The notes under the pieces are model-generated. The model ran no database searches, was not told the origin of the DNA, and saw only the letters and a program-made list of their open reading frames with translations. A DNA stretch of 64,000 nt from Mobula hypostoma (lineage: Eukaryota), in NCBI RefSeq assembly GCF_963921235.1, contig NC_086097.1:221900001-221964000 (forward strand), read 5' to 3'. Position numbers and translations under genes: made by a program. This document shows, piece by piece, positions 60,153 to 64,000 of this stretch (the stretch's first letter is position 1; every line of letters starts with the position of its first letter).

Positions 60153-63100
60153 TTAGAAACATAGAAAACCTACAAGCACAATACAGGCCCTTCGGCCCAC
60201 AATGCGTGCCAAACATCTACGTACTTATAAATTACCTAGGGTTACCCATAGCCCTTATTTTTCAAAGCTCAATGTACCTGTTCAGGATTCTCCTGAAAGA
60301 TCCTATCATATCTGCCTCCACCACCGTCACCTGCAGCCCATTCCACGCACTCTGCATGAAAAACTTACCCCTGACATCTCCTCTGAGCCAGCTTCCAAAC
60401 ACCTTAAAACTGTGCCCTCTCCTGTTAGCCATTTCAGCCCTGGGAAAAATCCTCTGACTATCCACACAAACAATGCCTCTCATCATCTTATACACCTCTA
60501 TCAGGTCATCTTTCATCCTCCGTCGCTCCAAGGAGAAAAGGCCGAGTTCACTCAACCTATTCTCATAAGGCCTGCTCCCCAATCCAGGCAACATCCTTGT
60601 AAATCTCCTCTGCACCTTTTTTATGGTTTCCACATCCTTTCTGTAGTGAGGTGATCAGAATGGAGCACAGTACTCCAAGTGAGGTCTGACCAGGGTCCGA
60701 TATAGCTGTAATGTTACATCCCAGCTCTTAAACTCAATCCCACAATTAATGAAGGCCAATGCACCATATGCCTTCTTAACCACAGAGTCAACCTGCACAG
60801 CAGCTTTGAGTGTCCTAGGGACACGGACCCCAAGATCCCTCTCATCCTCCACACTGCCAAGAGTCTAACCATTAATACTATATTCTGCCATCATATTTGA
60901 CCTACCAAAATGAACCACTTCACACTTAGCTGGGTTGAACTCCATCTGCCACTTCTCAGCCCAGTTTTGCATCCTATTGATATCCCACTGTAACCCAAAT
61001 TGGTAAAGGTGCTGAGGAAGAGGATTTCTTGGAATGTATGCGGGATGGTTTTTTGAACCAACATGTCGAGGAACCAACTAGAGAGCAGGCTATTCTGGAC
61101 TGGGTTTTGAGCAATGAGGAAGGGTTAATTAGCGATCTTGTCGTGAGAGGCCCCTTGGGTAAGAGTGACCATAATATGGTGGAATTCTTCATTAAGATGG
61201 AGAGTGACATAGTTAATTCAGAAACAAAGGTTCTGAACTTAAAGAGGGGTAACTTTGAAGGTATGAGACATATGACACTTAAAGGATTGACGGTGGATAT
61301 GCAATGGCAAGCATTTAAAGGTTGCATGGATGAATTACAACAATTGTTCATCCCAGTTTGGCAAAAGAATAAATCAAGGAAGGTAGTGCACCCATGGCTG
61401 ACAAGAGAAATTAGGGATAGTATCAATTCCAAAGAAGTAGCATACAAATTAGCCAGAGAAAGTGGCTCACCTGAGGACTGGGAGAAATTCAGAGTTCAGC
61501 AGAGGAGGACAAAGGGCTTAATTAGGAAGGGGAAAAAAGATTATGAGAGAAAACTGGCAGAGAACATAAAAACGGACTGTAAAAGCTTTTATAGATATGT
61601 AAAAAGGAAAAGACTGATAAAGACAAATGTAGGTCCCCTGCAGACAGAAACAGGTGAATTGATTATGGGGACCAAGGACATGGCAGACCAATTGAATAAT
61701 TACTTTGGTTCTGTCTTCACTAAGGAGGACATAAATAATCTTCCAGAAATAGTAAGGGACAGAGGGTCCAGTGAGATGGAGGAACTGAGTGAAATACATG
61801 TTAGTAGGGAAGTGGTGTTAGGTAAATTGAAGGGATTGAAGGCAGATAAATCCCCAGGGCCAGATGGTCTGCATCCCAGAGTGCTTAAGGAAGTAGCCCA
61901 AGAAATAGTGGATGCATTAGTGATAATTTTTCAAAACTCGTTAGATTCTGGACTAGTTCCTGAGGATTGGAGGGTGGCTAATGTAACCCCACTTTTTAAA
62001 AAAGGAGGGAGAGAGAAACCGGGGAATTATAGACCGGTTAGCCTAACGTCGGTGGTGGGGAAACTGCTGGAGTCAGTTATCAAGGATGTGATAACAGCAC
62101 ATTTGGAAAGCGGTGAAATGATCGGACAAAGTCAGCATGGATTTGTGAAAGGAAAATCATGTCTGACGAATCTCATAGAATTTTTTGAGGATGTAACTAG
62201 TAGAGTGGATAGGGGAGAACCAGTGGATGTGGTATATTTGGATTTTCAAAAGGCTTTTGACAAGGTCCCACACAGGAGATTAGTGTGCAAACTTAAAGTA
62301 CACGGTATTGGGGGTAAGGTATTGGTGTGGGTGGAGAATTGGTTAGCAGACAGGAAGCAAAGAGTGGGAATAAACGGGACCTTTTCAGAATGGCAGGCGG
62401 TGACTAGTGGAGTACCGCAAGGCTCAGTGCTGGGACCCCAGTTGTTTACAATATATATTAATGACTTGGATGAGGGAATTAAATGCAGCATCTCCAAGTT
62501 TGCGGATGACACAAAGCTGGGTGGCAGTGTTAGCAGTGAGGAGGATGCTAAGAGGATGCAGGGTGACTTGGATAGGTTGGGTGAGTGGGCAAACTCATGG
62601 CAGATGCAATTTAATGTGGATAAATGTGAAGTTATCCACTTTGGTGGCAAAAATAGGAAAACAGATTATTATCTGAATGGTGGCCGATTAGGAAAAGGGG
62701 AGGTGCAACGAGACCTGGGTGTCATTATACACCAGTCATTGAAAGTGGGCATGCAGGTACAGCAAGCGGTGAAAAAGGCGAACGGTATGCTGGCATTTAT
62801 AGCGAGAGGATTCGAGTACAGGAGCAGGGAGGTACTACTGCAGTTGTACAAGGCCTTGGTGAGACCACACCTGGAGTATTGTGTGCAGTTTTGGTCTCCT
62901 AATCTGAGGAAAGACATCTTTGCCATAGAGGGAGTACAAAGAAGGTTCACCAGATTGATTCCTGGGATGGCAGGTCTTTCATATGAAGAAAGACTGGATG
63001 AACTGGGCTTGTACTCGTTGGAATTTAGAAGATTGAGGGGGGATCTGATTGAAACGTATAAGATCCTAAAGGGATTGGACAGGCTAGATGCGGGAAGATT

Positions 63101-64000
63101 GTTCCCGATGTTGGGGAGGTCCAGAACGAGGGGTCACAGTTTGAGGATAGAGGGGAAGCCTTTTAGGACCGAGATTAGGAAAAACTTCTTCACACAGAGA
63201 GTGGTGAATCTGTGGAATTTTCTGCCACAGCAAACTGTTGAGGCCAGTTCATTGGCTATGTTTAAGAGGGAGTTAGATATGGCCCTTGTGGCTACAGGGG
63301 TCAGGGGGTATGGAGGGAAGGCTGGGGCGGGGTTCTGAGTTGGATGATCAGCCATGATCATAATAAATGGCGGTGCAGGCTCGAAGGGCCGAATGGCCTA
63401 CTCCTGCACCTATTTTCTATGTTTCTATGTTTCTATGTAACCTCTGACAGCCCTCCACACTGTCCACAACACCTCCAACTTTTATGTCATCAGCAAATTT
63501 ACTAACCTATCCCTCTACTTCCTCATCCAGATCATTTATAAAAATCATGAAGAGAAGGGGTCCCAGAACAGATCACTGAGGCACACCACTGGTCACCGAC
63601 CTCCATGAAGAATATGACCCTTTTACAACCACTCTTTGCCTTCTGTGAGCAAGCCAATTCTGGATCCACAAAGCAAGGTCCTCTTGGATCCCATGCGTCT
63701 TTACTTTCTCAATAAGTCTGGCATGGGGTACCTTATCAAAGGCCTTGCTGAAATCCATATACACTACATCTACTGCTCTACTTTCATTAACATGTTTTGT
63801 CACATCCTCAAAAAATTCAATCAGGCTCATAAGGCATGACCTACCTTTGACAAAGCCATGCTGACTATTCCAAATCATATTATACCTCTCCAAATGTTCT
63901 TAAATCCTGCCTCTCAGGATCTTTGCCATCAACTTACTAACCACTGAAGTAAGACTCACTGGCTATAATTTTCTGGGCTATCTCTACTCCCTTTCTTGAA
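60153..64000 (-). mobile_element. CR1 family B (60153-60995 and 63436-64000) split by a young CR1-A insertion; runs off the window
   Basis: ORF fragments 60262-60633, 60655-60852 and 63573-63893; host rejoins as …cccactgtaacc|tctgacagccc…. Confidence 0.93.
60995..63437 (+). mobile_element. Young CR1 LINE (family A), truncated within the endonuclease, open RT frame 61029-63338
   Basis: 769-aa ORF nearly identical to 1017-4073 apart from an 8-codon net deletion near 61270; TSD TGTAACC (60989-60995 / 63436-63442); (TTTCTATG)n tail. Confidence 0.97.

Noticed and set aside
1..64000. CRISPR array, operon or other prokaryotic/viral system
   Set aside because: No regularly spaced repeats or prokaryotic gene organisation; all long ORFs are eukaryotic transposon proteins.

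Overview
Vertebrate genomic DNA, most likely from a cartilaginous fish (ray or shark). That is an inference from the repeat content: CR1 LINEs with (TTTCTATG)n or (TCTTATGG)n tails, HE1-like and DeuSINE-like SINEs, Rex1/Babar, Penelope-like elements. I found no host gene exon I can support, so the window looks intergenic or intronic. More than half of it is nested transposable elements. Main contents: four copies of a young CR1 family, one with an uninterrupted endonuclease+RT frame; many older CR1 and Rex1 fragments; a full-length decayed pogo (Passer-like) DNA transposon with TIRs and a TA TSD; an R4/Dong-type LINE broken into four pieces; an internally deleted Gypsy element with both LTRs; tRNA-derived SINEs; a tiny hAT-type MITE. 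The most interesting signals are RNA-structural. A 566-bp RTE-type non-autonomous element at 16337-16902 starts with a sequence that folds by eye into a complete HDV-like self-cleaving ribozyme with an unusual hairpin inserted in L3. Several Penelope-like fragments carry minimal hammerhead ribozyme cores with covarying stem I, one of them inside a 122-bp-arm palindrome. Family names come from motif recognition, not database searches, and boundaries of old elements are approximate.
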